From positions 8,235 through 72,234 of the forward strand of contig CAZSQP010000002.1 in NCBI GenBank assembly GCA_964609075.1: DNA of 64,000 nucleotides, given 5' to 3'. This stretch comes from an uncultured Candidatus Saccharibacteria bacterium. Lineage in GTDB: Bacteria > Patescibacteriota > Minisyncoccia > Minisyncoccales > GWA2-38-27. Under the pieces are notes generated by a model. It was given only the letters and a program-made list of their open reading frames with translations, made no database searches and was not told the DNA's origin. Within the stretch, counting starts at the first letter, position 1. The number at the start of each line of letters is the position of its first letter. Position numbers and translations under genes: made by a program. Shown here one piece after another: positions 9,605-18,525 of the stretch.

Positions 9605-10677
9605 TTACAGTAATAATAGCTATTGTTTCTTTAATACTTCTTATCTTTTTTCATGAGTTGGGTCACTTTCTCTTAGCAAAAAAGTTTGGAGTAAAAGTAG
9701 AAGAGTTTGGTTTCGGCTATCCTCCTAGAATATGGGGAAAGAAAATAGGGGAGACTCTTTATTCCTTAAATCTTTTGCCTTTTGGTGGTTTTGTTAAGAT
9801 ATATGGACAGGAAAAGAGAATCGAGGAGCCGAGAAGCTTTACAGTTAAACCCTATTGGCAGAAAGCCCTGATAATTGCAGGAGGAGTTATCTCTTTTTGG
9901 ATTATAGCAGCTATTCTATTAAGTATTGTTATGGCTTTAGGTTCTCCTACTATTATTGATGATTCGGCTGAGGGAGTAGTAGATCCAAAAGTTCAGATTA
10001 TAGGGGTGGCAGAGAACTCTCCTGCTCAGGAAGCAGGACTTGAAACAGGAGATATTATAAGGGGTTCTGAGATAAATGGATTTTTGACAATAGACAAAGT
10101 GAAGGAGGTAAAAGATCTTGTTAAAAACTATAAAGGAGAAGAAGTTACTCTAGAAATACAGAGAGGGGGAAATAATTTCGAAGTTTCTTTAACTCCCAGA
10201 GTTTCTCCTCCGGAAGAAGAGGGTGCTATGGGAATAGCTTTAGTAAGAACGGGTTTAGATTCCTATCCCTGGTATGAATCTATTTGGAGAGGGGTTTTGG
10301 CCACAGGAAGTCTGACCTGGAGAATAATAGAGGGATGGGGCATTCTTCTTGTAAATCTTTTTCGGGGAGAAGGAGTACCTACTGGTATGGAGGTAACAGG
10401 TATTGTTGGTATATTCCAGCTTTTCTCTCGAGTAGGAGGCTTGGGAGTAAGTTATTTTCTCAATTTTGTAGCAGTGCTTACAGTTCATTTAGCTATAATT
10501 AATATCCTTCCTATACCGGCTCTAGACGGTGGATGGCTTTTGTTTCTGACTATTGAGAAGATAAGAAAGAAGCCCTTGAATGCTAAGGTTGTAGAGAAGA
10601 TAAGCGGTATATTCTTTATCCTTCTTATCCTTCTAATGGTGTTTATAACAATAAGAGATATAATAAGGATATTTTAA
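9601..10677 (+). CDS. rseP: Site-2 (M50) membrane zinc metalloprotease, RseP-like, with PDZ domain
   Basis: HELGHF zinc motif in the first TM region, a PDZ-like segment (SPAQEAGLETGDII) and C-terminal NILPIPALDGG. Confidence 0.87.
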   Translation: MITVIIAIVSLILLIFFHELGHFLLAKKFGVKVEEFGFGYPPRIWGKKIGETLYSLNLLPFGGFVKIYGQEKRIEEPRSFTVKPYWQKALIIAGGVISFWIIAAILLSIVMALGSPTIIDDSAEGVVDPKVQIIGVAENSPAQEAGLETGDIIRGSEINGFLTIDKVKEVKDLVKNYKGEEVTLEIQRGGNNFEVSLTPRVSPPEEEGAMGIALVRTGLDSYPWYESIWRGVLATGSLTWRIIEGWGILLVNLFRGEGVPTGMEVTGIVGIFQLFSRVGGLGVSYFLNFVAVLTVHLAIINILPIPALDGGWLLFLTIEKIRKKPLNAKVVEKISGIFFILLILLMVFITIRDIIRIF

Positions 10678-10678
10678 G

Positions 10679-12103
10679 ATGGAGAAAAAAGATTTGGTTA
10701 AAAAGACAGAGGATTTCTCTCAGTGGTACACAGACGTGATTATAAAATCTGAACTGGCAGATTACGCGCCCGTAAAAGGATGTCAGGTGATTAGGCCTTA
10801 TGGTTTTTCTCTTTGGGAAAATATTAAGGGAGTTTTGGATGAAATGATTAAAGAGGTTGGAGTCAAAAATGCCTATTTTCCTCTTTTCATACCAGAAAAG
10901 TTTCTTAAAAAGGAGAAAGAGCATATAGAGGGGTTTTCTCCAGAACTTGCTGTTGTCACTATCGGAGGAGGAAAAGAACTCAAAGAGAAGCTTGTTGTTA
11001 GGCCTACTTCTGAAACTATTATCTACAGCATGTTTTCTGACTGGATTAACTCTTGGAGAGATCTTCCTCTCTTGATAAACCAGTGGTCTAATGTTGTTCG
11101 CTGGGAAATGAGATCTAGATTATTTTTAAGAACAACAGAGTTCTTGTGGCAAGAGGGTCATACAGTTCATTCTACCCATAAAGAAGCTACGGATATGGCA
11201 GAAGAAATAATGAGAAGATATATTAAGCTTTATCAAGATTATTTTGCCATTGCAGGTTATACAGGCATAAAGTCAGACGCTGAAAAGTTCCCTGGAGCTT
11301 TAACTACTTATACCTATGAGATGCTTATGCCGGACGGAAAGGCTCTTCAGGGTTGCACGTCTCATGATCTAGGGCAGAACTTTGCTAAGGCTTTTGATAT
11401 TAAGTTTTCAGACAAAGAAGGAAAAGAAAAGTCTCCCTGGCAAACTTCTTGGGGTCTTTCTACTAGAAGCATAGGGGCTTTAATCATGTCTCATGGAGAT
11501 GATTCTGGACTTATTCTTCCTCCCAGACTAGCTCCTATTCAAATCGTTATAGTTCCTGTTTTGAAAAAAGGAAAGATAGATAAAAAGTTGTCTCAAAAAA
11601 TAGATAGGATAAAAAAGGATTTGAAAAATTTTAGGGTAGAAGTGGATTTAAGAGAAAATTATAGCTTAGGATGGAAATATAATGACTGGGAAGTAAAAGG
11701 AGTTCCTTTAAGAATTGATATTGGAGAAAAAGAGTTAAAAGAAGGAAAAGCCCTTTTGGTCAGAAGGGACAGTGGAGAGAAAAAATCAGTATCTTTCAAT
11801 TCTCTTTCTTCTCAAATAGAAAAGACGCTGGGTTCTATTCAAGAGGAGTTATTTAAAAAGAGTAAAAAGCACTTAAAAGAGAATACCAAAGAAGTTTCTG
11901 AGTATAAGGAATTTAAAGAGGTGATTAAAAAAGAGAAGGGATTTGTCAAAGCTTTCTGGTGCGGAAATCCTGAATGCGAGAAAAAGATTAAAAGAGAGAC
12001 AAAAGCTACTACTCGTCTTCTCTTTTCCGATTCTTCTAAAGGAAAGTGTATTTTCTGCGGTAAAAAAACTTCTCAAAAATGGCTATTTGCCCAAGCATAT
12101 TAA
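10679..12103 (+). CDS. proS: Prolyl-tRNA synthetase, archaeal/eukaryote-like type
   Basis: FSQWYTDVI start, class-II motifs (RPTSET, FLRTTEFLWQEGH) and a C-terminal Cys-rich domain (CGNPECE..CIFCGKK). No bacterial INS editing domain. Confidence 0.93.
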   Translation: MEKKDLVKKTEDFSQWYTDVIIKSELADYAPVKGCQVIRPYGFSLWENIKGVLDEMIKEVGVKNAYFPLFIPEKFLKKEKEHIEGFSPELAVVTIGGGKELKEKLVVRPTSETIIYSMFSDWINSWRDLPLLINQWSNVVRWEMRSRLFLRTTEFLWQEGHTVHSTHKEATDMAEEIMRRYIKLYQDYFAIAGYTGIKSDAEKFPGALTTYTYEMLMPDGKALQGCTSHDLGQNFAKAFDIKFSDKEGKEKSPWQTSWGLSTRSIGALIMSHGDDSGLILPPRLAPIQIVIVPVLKKGKIDKKLSQKIDRIKKDLKNFRVEVDLRENYSLGWKYNDWEVKGVPLRIDIGEKELKEGKALLVRRDSGEKKSVSFNSLSSQIEKTLGSIQEELFKKSKKHLKENTKEVSEYKEFKEVIKKEKGFVKAFWCGNPECEKKIKRETKATTRLLFSDSSKGKCIFCGKKTSQKWLFAQAY

Positions 12104-12106
12104 ATT

Positions 12107-13159
12107 ATGATAAACAGAGTTTTAAGTAAATTTTCGCATGATATAGCTATTGATCTAGGAACAGCGACCTCTTTAGTTTACGTAAAAGGGAGGGGTATTG
12201 TTATCAATGAACCCTCTGTTGTAGCTATAAACCAGAAGACGGGACAGGTTTTAGCTATAGGAACAGAAGCTCAGAGAATGGTAGGAAGAACTCCGGGATA
12301 TATTACAGCTACTCGTCCTTTAGTGGATGGAGTAGTTTCTGATTTTGAAGTTACAGAAGAGATGCTCAAGTACTTTATAGAAAAAGTCCACAAAAGAAAA
12401 TTTATTATAGGCCCTAGGCCCAGAGTAATAATAGGTATACCTTACGGCGTAACAGAAGTTGAAAAGAAAGCTGTCTGCGATGCTGCTAAAAATGCAGGGG
12501 CAAGGCAGGTTTTCTTGATAGAAGAGCCTATGGCCGCTGCCATAGGGGCTAGATTAGACGTTCAGGAGCCTGGAGGCAACTTTATAGTGGATATCGGGGG
12601 AGGAACTACTGAAGTAGCTGTTCTCTCTCTAGGAGGGGTTGTTTTGGCTAAATCCTTAAAGATAGCAGGAGATAAGTTTAATCAGGATATTGTAAGGTAC
12701 GCTCAAGAAGAGTATAAGCTTTTAATAGGAGAAAGGGGGGCTGAGAAGGCTAAAATAAATATAGGGTCTGCTATGCCTTTGGAAGAAAGTTCAGAGATGC
12801 CTTTAAGAGGAAGGAATTTAATAACCGGTTTACCAGAGGAAATAATAGTTTCAGATAAGGATATAAGGAAGGCTATGGAAAAATCTGTAAGGCAGATAGT
12901 TACCTCTGTAAAAGATACTATTGAAGAAACACCTCCAGAGCTTGTAGCAGATATTATGAATAAGGGAATATATCTGGCTGGAGGAGGAAGCCTTTTAAAG
13001 AAGCTTGATGTTTTAATACAGCAAGAGGTTAAAATACCAACCAGGCTTGTTGAGGATTCCATGACTGCTGTAGTTAGGGGAGCAGGCCTTGTTTTAGAAA
13101 ACTTAGACGAACTTCATGAGGTTTTAACAGAAACAGACCAAATGGAGGTCCCAAAATGA
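12107..13159 (+). CDS. mreB: Actin-like rod-shape protein MreB (paralogue 2)
   Basis: IAIDLGTATSLVYV, EPSVVA, VDIGGGTTEVAVLSLGG and AGGGSLLKKLD. Closer to canonical MreB than paralogue 1. Confidence 0.92.
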   Translation: MINRVLSKFSHDIAIDLGTATSLVYVKGRGIVINEPSVVAINQKTGQVLAIGTEAQRMVGRTPGYITATRPLVDGVVSDFEVTEEMLKYFIEKVHKRKFIIGPRPRVIIGIPYGVTEVEKKAVCDAAKNAGARQVFLIEEPMAAAIGARLDVQEPGGNFIVDIGGGTTEVAVLSLGGVVLAKSLKIAGDKFNQDIVRYAQEEYKLLIGERGAEKAKINIGSAMPLEESSEMPLRGRNLITGLPEEIIVSDKDIRKAMEKSVRQIVTSVKDTIEETPPELVADIMNKGIYLAGGGSLLKKLDVLIQQEVKIPTRLVEDSMTAVVRGAGLVLENLDELHEVLTETDQMEVPK

Positions 13160-13455
13160 TAGATAAAAAGGAAGTAAAACGTATAGCAGATCTTGCCAGG
13201 CTGGGATTAGAGGAGAAGGAATTAGGAAAGTTTCAGAAAGATCTTTCTTCTATTTTAGATTATTTTAATGCTTTAGATGAGCTCAAAACAGATGTAGATC
13301 CTACCTTTCATCCTGTGGAAGGATTTTTTAAAAAGAAACTTCAGATTATGAGGGAGGACAAGGCGGATCCAGAGGAGGTTGAAAGAGTTGAGAAGACAAA
13401 GGAACTGTTCCCTGATTCTTCAAAAGGATATCTTAAAGTTAAAAATATATTTTAA
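13156..13455 (+). CDS. gatC: Asp/Glu-tRNA amidotransferase subunit C
   Basis: VKRIADLARLGLEEKE...ILDYFNALDEL, typical GatC. 99 aa. Confidence 0.85.
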   Translation: MIDKKEVKRIADLARLGLEEKELGKFQKDLSSILDYFNALDELKTDVDPTFHPVEGFFKKKLQIMREDKADPEEVERVEKTKELFPDSSKGYLKVKNIF

Positions 13456-13457
13456 AA

Positions 13458-14162
13458 ATGAGAAAATCTTTTACATTAATAGAACTTTTAGTAGTAATAG
13501 CTATTATAGGGTTGTTGTCCAGTATTGTTTTGGTAGCTATCAAAGGGGCCAAAGAAAGAGCTGAACTGGGGAGAGCGAAACAGTTCAGCAGCAATATCAA
13601 GAATGCCCTGGGTGCTTATCCTTTAGGAGAGTGGAGCTTTGACGGAGATTTTAAAGATTCAAGCGGTGTCGGACCTAATTTTAATTGTACCTGTTGTAGT
13701 TTTTCTGACGAAGGAGTGTTTGGAGGCGCTGTAGATCTGGGTGATAATGGGGATTGTGAAATGCTAAGTGGTGTAGTTAAAGTTCCTGATAATGGAAATG
13801 TTACAATAGAGCTTTGGATAAAGCTGACGGAAAGTTGTTCTATTACTCCGATTGTCTATTGGGACGGTATTTTAGAATGGAGTTATAATGGTGGAAATAT
13901 GGGGGTAACAATGCATATAATGGACAATGGTACTCCAACTGGGTGTTCTCCCATTAATTCAGAGTTCTCTTTCAAATTGGACAAATGGACTCATCTTGCT
14001 CTAACTTATAACGGAAGCGAAACAAAATTATTTGTCAATGGAGAACTTGAAGAGTCCAGTAGTAGTTGCTCCGGAAAGTTGAGACCTGGGGAAAACACTC
14101 TTCGCGTAGGGCAGGGTTTGAAAGGTTTAATTGACGGATTAAGAATTTACGGAGATTCTTAA
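13458..14162 (+). CDS. Type IV pilin-like (prepilin N-terminal motif) protein with LamG/concanavalin-like domain
   Basis: N-terminus MRKS-FTLIELLVVIAIIGLL (class III signal/methylation motif, Ser at -1). LamG-like strands ELWIKL and WTHLALTYNGSETKLFVNGEL. Confidence 0.8.
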   Translation: MRKSFTLIELLVVIAIIGLLSSIVLVAIKGAKERAELGRAKQFSSNIKNALGAYPLGEWSFDGDFKDSSGVGPNFNCTCCSFSDEGVFGGAVDLGDNGDCEMLSGVVKVPDNGNVTIELWIKLTESCSITPIVYWDGILEWSYNGGNMGVTMHIMDNGTPTGCSPINSEFSFKLDKWTHLALTYNGSETKLFVNGELEESSSSCSGKLRPGENTLRVGQGLKGLIDGLRIYGDS

Positions 14163-14207
14163 TTTTGCGCGAGTAAAAATCTTTATATAAAGGGGAGAAA
14201 GTAATTT

Positions 14208-15617
14208 ATGAATCATAGAGGGCTTACTATCTACGAAATCCACAAGGGACTAATTAATAAAAAGTTTTCTGCAAGAGAGCTTGCTTTGTCTTTTTCAAGT
14301 AGAATCAAGAAAAAAGATAAAGATATATCAGCTTTTATTACAACAACAGAAGACCTAGCTTTATCTCAGGCTAAAAAAGTGGATGAGTTGATTTCTTCTG
14401 GAAAAGAGGTTCCTCTTTTAGCTGGTGTTCCCATGGCAGTAAAAGACAATATTTTGGTTGAAGGGGTTAAAGCTACAGCAGGTTCTAAGATTCTAGAGAA
14501 CTATATTTCTCCCTATAATGCTACAGTTATGGATAAACTGCTTAGTCTAGGGGCTGTTGTTCTGGGAAAGACAAATATGGATGAATTCGGTATGGGAGCT
14601 TCTACTGAAAACTCTGCCTTTTTTCCTACTAAGAATCCCCATGATTTAGAAATGGTTCCAGGAGGCAGTTCCGGAGGCTCTGCTGCGGCTGTAGCTTCAG
14701 GTATGGCGGTTTATGCTCTAGGATCTGATACAGGGGGGTCTGTAAGGCAACCTGCTTCTTTTTGCGGGGTAACGGGTTTAAGACCTACTTACGGAGCTGT
14801 TTCTAGATATGGCTTGATAGCTTTTGCTTCCTCTTTGGACCAAATAGGTCCTATTGCCAAGACAGCAGAAGATGCAGCTCTTGTTTTTAAAGAATTAACC
14901 GGAAAGGATAAGATGGATTCTACTAGTATTGATTTTTCTTGGAAGAAGGATGTTAAAGTTGATATTAAAAAGATTAGGATTGGAGTTCCTAAAGAATACT
15001 TTGTTAAGGGAATGGATGGAGAAGTAGAGAAAGTAGTAAAAGAAGCTGTTAAAAGATACGAGAAGATGGGAGCTGAGATAAAAGAGATAAGTCTGCCTCA
15101 TACTAAGTATGCTGTTCCTACTTATTATTTAATTAATACTTCTGAAGCTTCATCTAACTTAGCAAGGTATGATGGCATGAGATACGGTCTTTCAGAAAAG
15201 GAAGATAGCTTGCTTGATGTCTATAAAAAGAGTAAAGAGAAAGGTTTTGGCTCTGAGGTTAAAAGAAGGATTATGCTTGGAGCCTATGCTTTGTCTGCTG
15301 GCTATTATGACGCTTTCTATTTAAAGTCAGAAAAAGTGAGGACTTTGATTATAGAGGATTTTAATAAAGCTTTTGAAGAAGTAGACGTTGTTTTATCTCC
15401 CACATCTCCTACTCTTCCTTTTAAAATAGGGGAGAAGATTACAGACCCTGTTTCTATGTATTTATGCGATGTTTTTACAGCTCCTGCAGCCTTAGTGGGT
15501 CTTCCAGCAGTTTCTGTGCCGGGTGGTTTTGCAGGCAAGCTTCCCGTGGGCTTTCAATTGATAGGCCAACCCTTTGAAGATTATAAAATTCTAAAAATAG
15601 GAGAGTTTTTTCAATGA
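14208..15617 (+). CDS. gatA: Asp/Glu-tRNA amidotransferase subunit A
   Basis: Amidase signature GGSSGGSAAAVA..GSDTGGSVRQPASFCG. 469 aa. Confidence 0.95.
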   Translation: MNHRGLTIYEIHKGLINKKFSARELALSFSSRIKKKDKDISAFITTTEDLALSQAKKVDELISSGKEVPLLAGVPMAVKDNILVEGVKATAGSKILENYISPYNATVMDKLLSLGAVVLGKTNMDEFGMGASTENSAFFPTKNPHDLEMVPGGSSGGSAAAVASGMAVYALGSDTGGSVRQPASFCGVTGLRPTYGAVSRYGLIAFASSLDQIGPIAKTAEDAALVFKELTGKDKMDSTSIDFSWKKDVKVDIKKIRIGVPKEYFVKGMDGEVEKVVKEAVKRYEKMGAEIKEISLPHTKYAVPTYYLINTSEASSNLARYDGMRYGLSEKEDSLLDVYKKSKEKGFGSEVKRRIMLGAYALSAGYYDAFYLKSEKVRTLIIEDFNKAFEEVDVVLSPTSPTLPFKIGEKITDPVSMYLCDVFTAPAALVGLPAVSVPGGFAGKLPVGFQLIGQPFEDYKILKIGEFFQ

Positions 15618-16123
15618 ATTCTTTTTGGCAATTTATTTTAAACCCGGAGAATTATACTTTTTATAAGGTAATCAGATTTATCTTTATAGCTGTAGGCCTT
15701 TATCTCTTCGCCTGGATTTTATTCCTTTTACTAAAAAACAGCTGGCTTAGGTATAGGTATTTTGAAGACTATACAGAAGCCCTGTCTTATAAGCCTTTTG
15801 AGAGGAAGGAAATAGGGAAAAGATGGGATAATGTTTTAAAACATTTAGATTCTGGAAAAGAATCTGAGTTTAAAATGGCTTTAATTGATGCAGATAATAT
15901 TCTCTGGGAGGTTTTTCAAAAGATGGGGTATAAAGAGGAAACAATAGGAGATATTCTAGAGAATATAGAAGAAGGGGTTGTTCCCAAGTTGGATGAGATA
16001 AAAGAAGCTCACAGAATTAGAAACAAAGTAGTTCATGATCCAGATTACAGCTTAGACAGGGAAGAAGCAGAGAAGACCTTAAAAGTTTACGAGGAGACTT
16101 TAAGAAATCTGGAAGCTATTTAA
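15614..16123 (+). CDS. Membrane-anchored protein with C-terminal DUF4145/HEPN-like Rx4H motif, function unknown
   Basis: One TM helix (FIFIAVGLYLFAWILFLLL). The C-terminal helical domain contains AHRIRNKVVHD (R-x4-H). ATGA overlap with gatA. Confidence 0.5.
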   Translation: MNSFWQFILNPENYTFYKVIRFIFIAVGLYLFAWILFLLLKNSWLRYRYFEDYTEALSYKPFERKEIGKRWDNVLKHLDSGKESEFKMALIDADNILWEVFQKMGYKEETIGDILENIEEGVVPKLDEIKEAHRIRNKVVHDPDYSLDREEAEKTLKVYEETLRNLEAI

Positions 16124-16145
16124 TTAAAAATTCTCTTGAAATAAA

Positions 16146-16174
16146 GAAAATCCCGGAAGGGATTTCTTTTATTT
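16146..16174. terminator. Hairpin terminator after the 15614-16123 gene; also the left copy of a short direct repeat
   Basis: gaaaatccc-ggaa-gggatttc stem-loop followed by ttttattt. The 3' part (gggatttcttttatttgcg, 16159-16177) recurs at 24261-24278. Confidence 0.65.
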
Positions 16175-16183
16175 GCGAGTTTA

Positions 16184-16393
16184 TACAACGAAGTTAGAAT
16201 CTTTTTTATTGAAAATCTTTGACGATATTTTGTCCGCCGCCACAGGCAGCAGGCAGGAATAAAACTGAAAAATCGGCTCGGGTGCAAAAAATTTACTTTA
16301 GGGTGTGCGGAAAAAGAAAATTTTTTGCAGTCTTATTAGTTAAGCAAAAAAAATTGGGGCGAGACTGCAAAAATTAAAAATTGAAAATTAGAG
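16184..16393 (+). repeat. Left arm of a ~210-bp imperfect inverted repeat bracketing the biosynthetic island
   Basis: Hand alignment to the reverse complement of 23934-24141. Outer 16 nt match 15/16 (tacaacgaagttagaa), a central block matches 21/25 (tgaaaaatcggctcgggtgcaaaaa) and the inner 30 nt match 29/30 (actgcaaaaattaaaaattgaaaattagag). The stretch between these blocks has diverged. Confidence 0.85.
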
Positions 16394-16403
16394 ATGAAAT
16401 GGC

Positions 16404-16432
16404 TTGCGTTTTTTATAGGTATATGGTATAAG
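16404..16432 (+). promoter_or_regulatory. Candidate promoter for the island operon
   Basis: ttgcgt, a 17-nt spacer, then tgg-tataag (extended -10 style), about 40 nt upstream of the first island gene. Confidence 0.35.
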
Positions 16433-16472
16433 AAAATATAAATTTGCGTTTGGTGAGAAAACGAATAAAACA

Positions 16473-17543
16473 ATGGAAAAATGGCAAAATCAGTTAAAAA
16501 TGGGAATATCCTCAGTAGATAAATTAAGGGCTGCTTTTGAACGGGCTGGTATTAGAAAATCTGCTAATTTTTATCGGGAATTAGAAAAAGTTGTTAAATC
16601 GTATCCGATTTTTATTTCTCCCCACATTTTGAAACAATGTTTAAAATCAAAATCAATATATAAACAATTTATACCAGATAAAAAAGAATTAATTAATTTG
16701 AGAGGAGATAGTGATCCACTTAATGAAGACGACATAAAAGCAACAGATAAGTTGATCCATATGTATGCGGATAGGGTTTTGCTTCTAGTAACCGATATGT
16801 GTTTCAGCTCTTGCCGTTTTTGTACAAGAAAACGCATCAAGAAGTCTTGCGAGAGGATAACTTTAAAGCAGCTGGATGACGCCTGCAAATATATTGCTGA
16901 AAATAAGCAGATAAAAGATGTAATAATTTCAGGTGGCGATCCATTAACAATAGAAGATTCGGGTTTAAAAACAATTCTCGAAAGAATAAAAAAGATAAAA
17001 AGCGTAGAAGTTGTAAGAATAGGGACGAGAGCACCAGTTTCATGTCCCGAGAGAATTACCGATAATTTGGTTAAGTTGCTTAAAAAATTTAGTCCTTTGT
17101 ATATTAATATCCATTTAAACCATCCAGATGAATTTAGCCCGGCGACTGTTAGAGCTTTAAGGAAATTATCTATCGGCGGGATTATATTAGGTAGTCAATC
17201 AGTATTGCTGAAAGGAATTAACGATAGTAGTAAAACCATCAGAAAATTATTATATAAATGCTTGCAGAACGGTGTCAGGCCGTATTATCTTTATCAGTGC
17301 GACGAGGTTTTTGGAACAGAACATTTTTGGACAGATTATCAAAAAATGTTCGAGATAGCTCAAGATCTTATTGGTAATGTAAGTGGATTGGCAATACCTA
17401 ATTTTGTATTTGATTGCAAAGGTGGTTGTGGCAAAGTAAGAGTAATTCCGGAATTTTATAAACACAAAAACGAAAAAAGCATAACTTTTAAAACATTTAA
17501 GAATAAATTATATATCTATAGAAATTTGAATAATAAAAGATAG
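16473..17543 (+). CDS. KamA/EpmB-family radical-SAM amino acid 2,3-aminomutase (lysine 2,3-aminomutase-like)
   Basis: CFSSCRFCTRK (CxxxCxxC), VIISGGDPL, VRIGTRAPV, NIHLNHPDE, SQSVLLKGIND, RPYYLYQCD and GTEHF. This is the KamA family motif set. It is a short form (356 aa), so substrate specificity cannot be assigned. Confidence 0.88.
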   Translation: MEKWQNQLKMGISSVDKLRAAFERAGIRKSANFYRELEKVVKSYPIFISPHILKQCLKSKSIYKQFIPDKKELINLRGDSDPLNEDDIKATDKLIHMYADRVLLLVTDMCFSSCRFCTRKRIKKSCERITLKQLDDACKYIAENKQIKDVIISGGDPLTIEDSGLKTILERIKKIKSVEVVRIGTRAPVSCPERITDNLVKLLKKFSPLYINIHLNHPDEFSPATVRALRKLSIGGIILGSQSVLLKGINDSSKTIRKLLYKCLQNGVRPYYLYQCDEVFGTEHFWTDYQKMFEIAQDLIGNVSGLAIPNFVFDCKGGCGKVRVIPEFYKHKNEKSITFKTFKNKLYIYRNLNNKR

Positions 17544-17550
17544 GTTATCT

Positions 17551-18522
17551 ATGATTTATTCAAAAATATTAGACAAACTAGGCGATACTCCGATGGTTAA
17601 GATTGAACCGAAGGGTTTGGATAATATTAATTTATATGTAAAGTTGGAAGGATATAATCCTATGGGAAGTGTAAAAGATAGGGCGGCACTGTATATGCTT
17701 AAAAAAGGTATGGATTTGGGAGAAATCAATAGAGACACGGTTGTAATAGAATCGTCTTCCGGAAATCTCGGTATTGCGCTTTCTGCATATTGCAAGGATT
17801 TTGGGTTAAAATTTTATTGTGTTGTTGATCCACATATATCTTCGATTAATGAATATATTATAAAAACATTAAGTACCAAAATGATAAAAGTTACCGAACC
17901 AGATAAAAATGGAGGATATTTATTGAATAGGATAAGAAAGGTTCAAGAACTATTAAAAAAAATTCCGAATTCTTACTGGATAAATCAATATAGAAATCCT
18001 TATAATCCTGAGGCTTATAAAGAAACGTTAGGAAAAGAAATATGTGAAGAATTAAATAATATTGATTATATTTTTCTTGGAGTAAGTTCTGGAGGAACTA
18101 TTACTGGTTTGTCACAAAAAATTAAAAAGGTATTTCCCAAAGCAAAGGTTGTAGCGGTTGACATTATAGGTTCTGTAATATTCGGAGATGCTCCTAAAAA
18201 AAGATATATACCAGGGATAGGATCCAGTATCATACCCACCGTTTTAAAAGATGCAAAAATAGATGAAGTTGTAACTGTCAACGAGGTTTCTACAATAAAA
18301 ATGTGCCACGAATTGCTGAAAAATCATAATTTATTTGTTGGGGGCTCTTCTGGATCAGTATTCTCCGCTGTCAAAAGATATTTCAAGAATAAAAAACTTA
18401 AGAAAAGACCCACTGTCGTAGTTGTGTTTGCTGATAAGGGGGACAGGTATATTGACACGGTATATAATAAAAGCTGGTGTGACAGTTTTTTGCAGAAGTA
18501 TTCTGGAATAGAACAAATATAA
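17551..18522 (+). CDS. SbnA-like PLP-dependent enzyme (2,3-diaminopropionate biosynthesis, cysteine-synthase fold)
   Basis: GDTPMVKI, LEGYNPMGSVKDRAA (PLP Lys), SSGNLG, GGYLLNRI, WINQYRNPYNP and GVSSGGTITG. Directly followed by an SbnB-like gene. Confidence 0.82.
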   Translation: MIYSKILDKLGDTPMVKIEPKGLDNINLYVKLEGYNPMGSVKDRAALYMLKKGMDLGEINRDTVVIESSSGNLGIALSAYCKDFGLKFYCVVDPHISSINEYIIKTLSTKMIKVTEPDKNGGYLLNRIRKVQELLKKIPNSYWINQYRNPYNPEAYKETLGKEICEELNNIDYIFLGVSSGGTITGLSQKIKKVFPKAKVVAVDIIGSVIFGDAPKKRYIPGIGSSIIPTVLKDAKIDEVVTVNEVSTIKMCHELLKNHNLFVGGSSGSVFSAVKRYFKNKKLKKRPTVVVVFADKGDRYIDTVYNKSWCDSFLQKYSGIEQI

Positions 18523-18525
18523 CCA

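Noticed and set aside
16473-17543. The KamA-like gene as the housekeeping EF-P beta-lysylation enzyme EpmB
   Set aside because: Its short length is EpmB-like. However, no EpmA (PoxA, LysRS-like) or efp gene is adjacent. It is embedded in a repeat-bracketed cluster with other diamino-acid and ligase genes, so a biosynthetic role is more parsimonious. This is not formally excluded.
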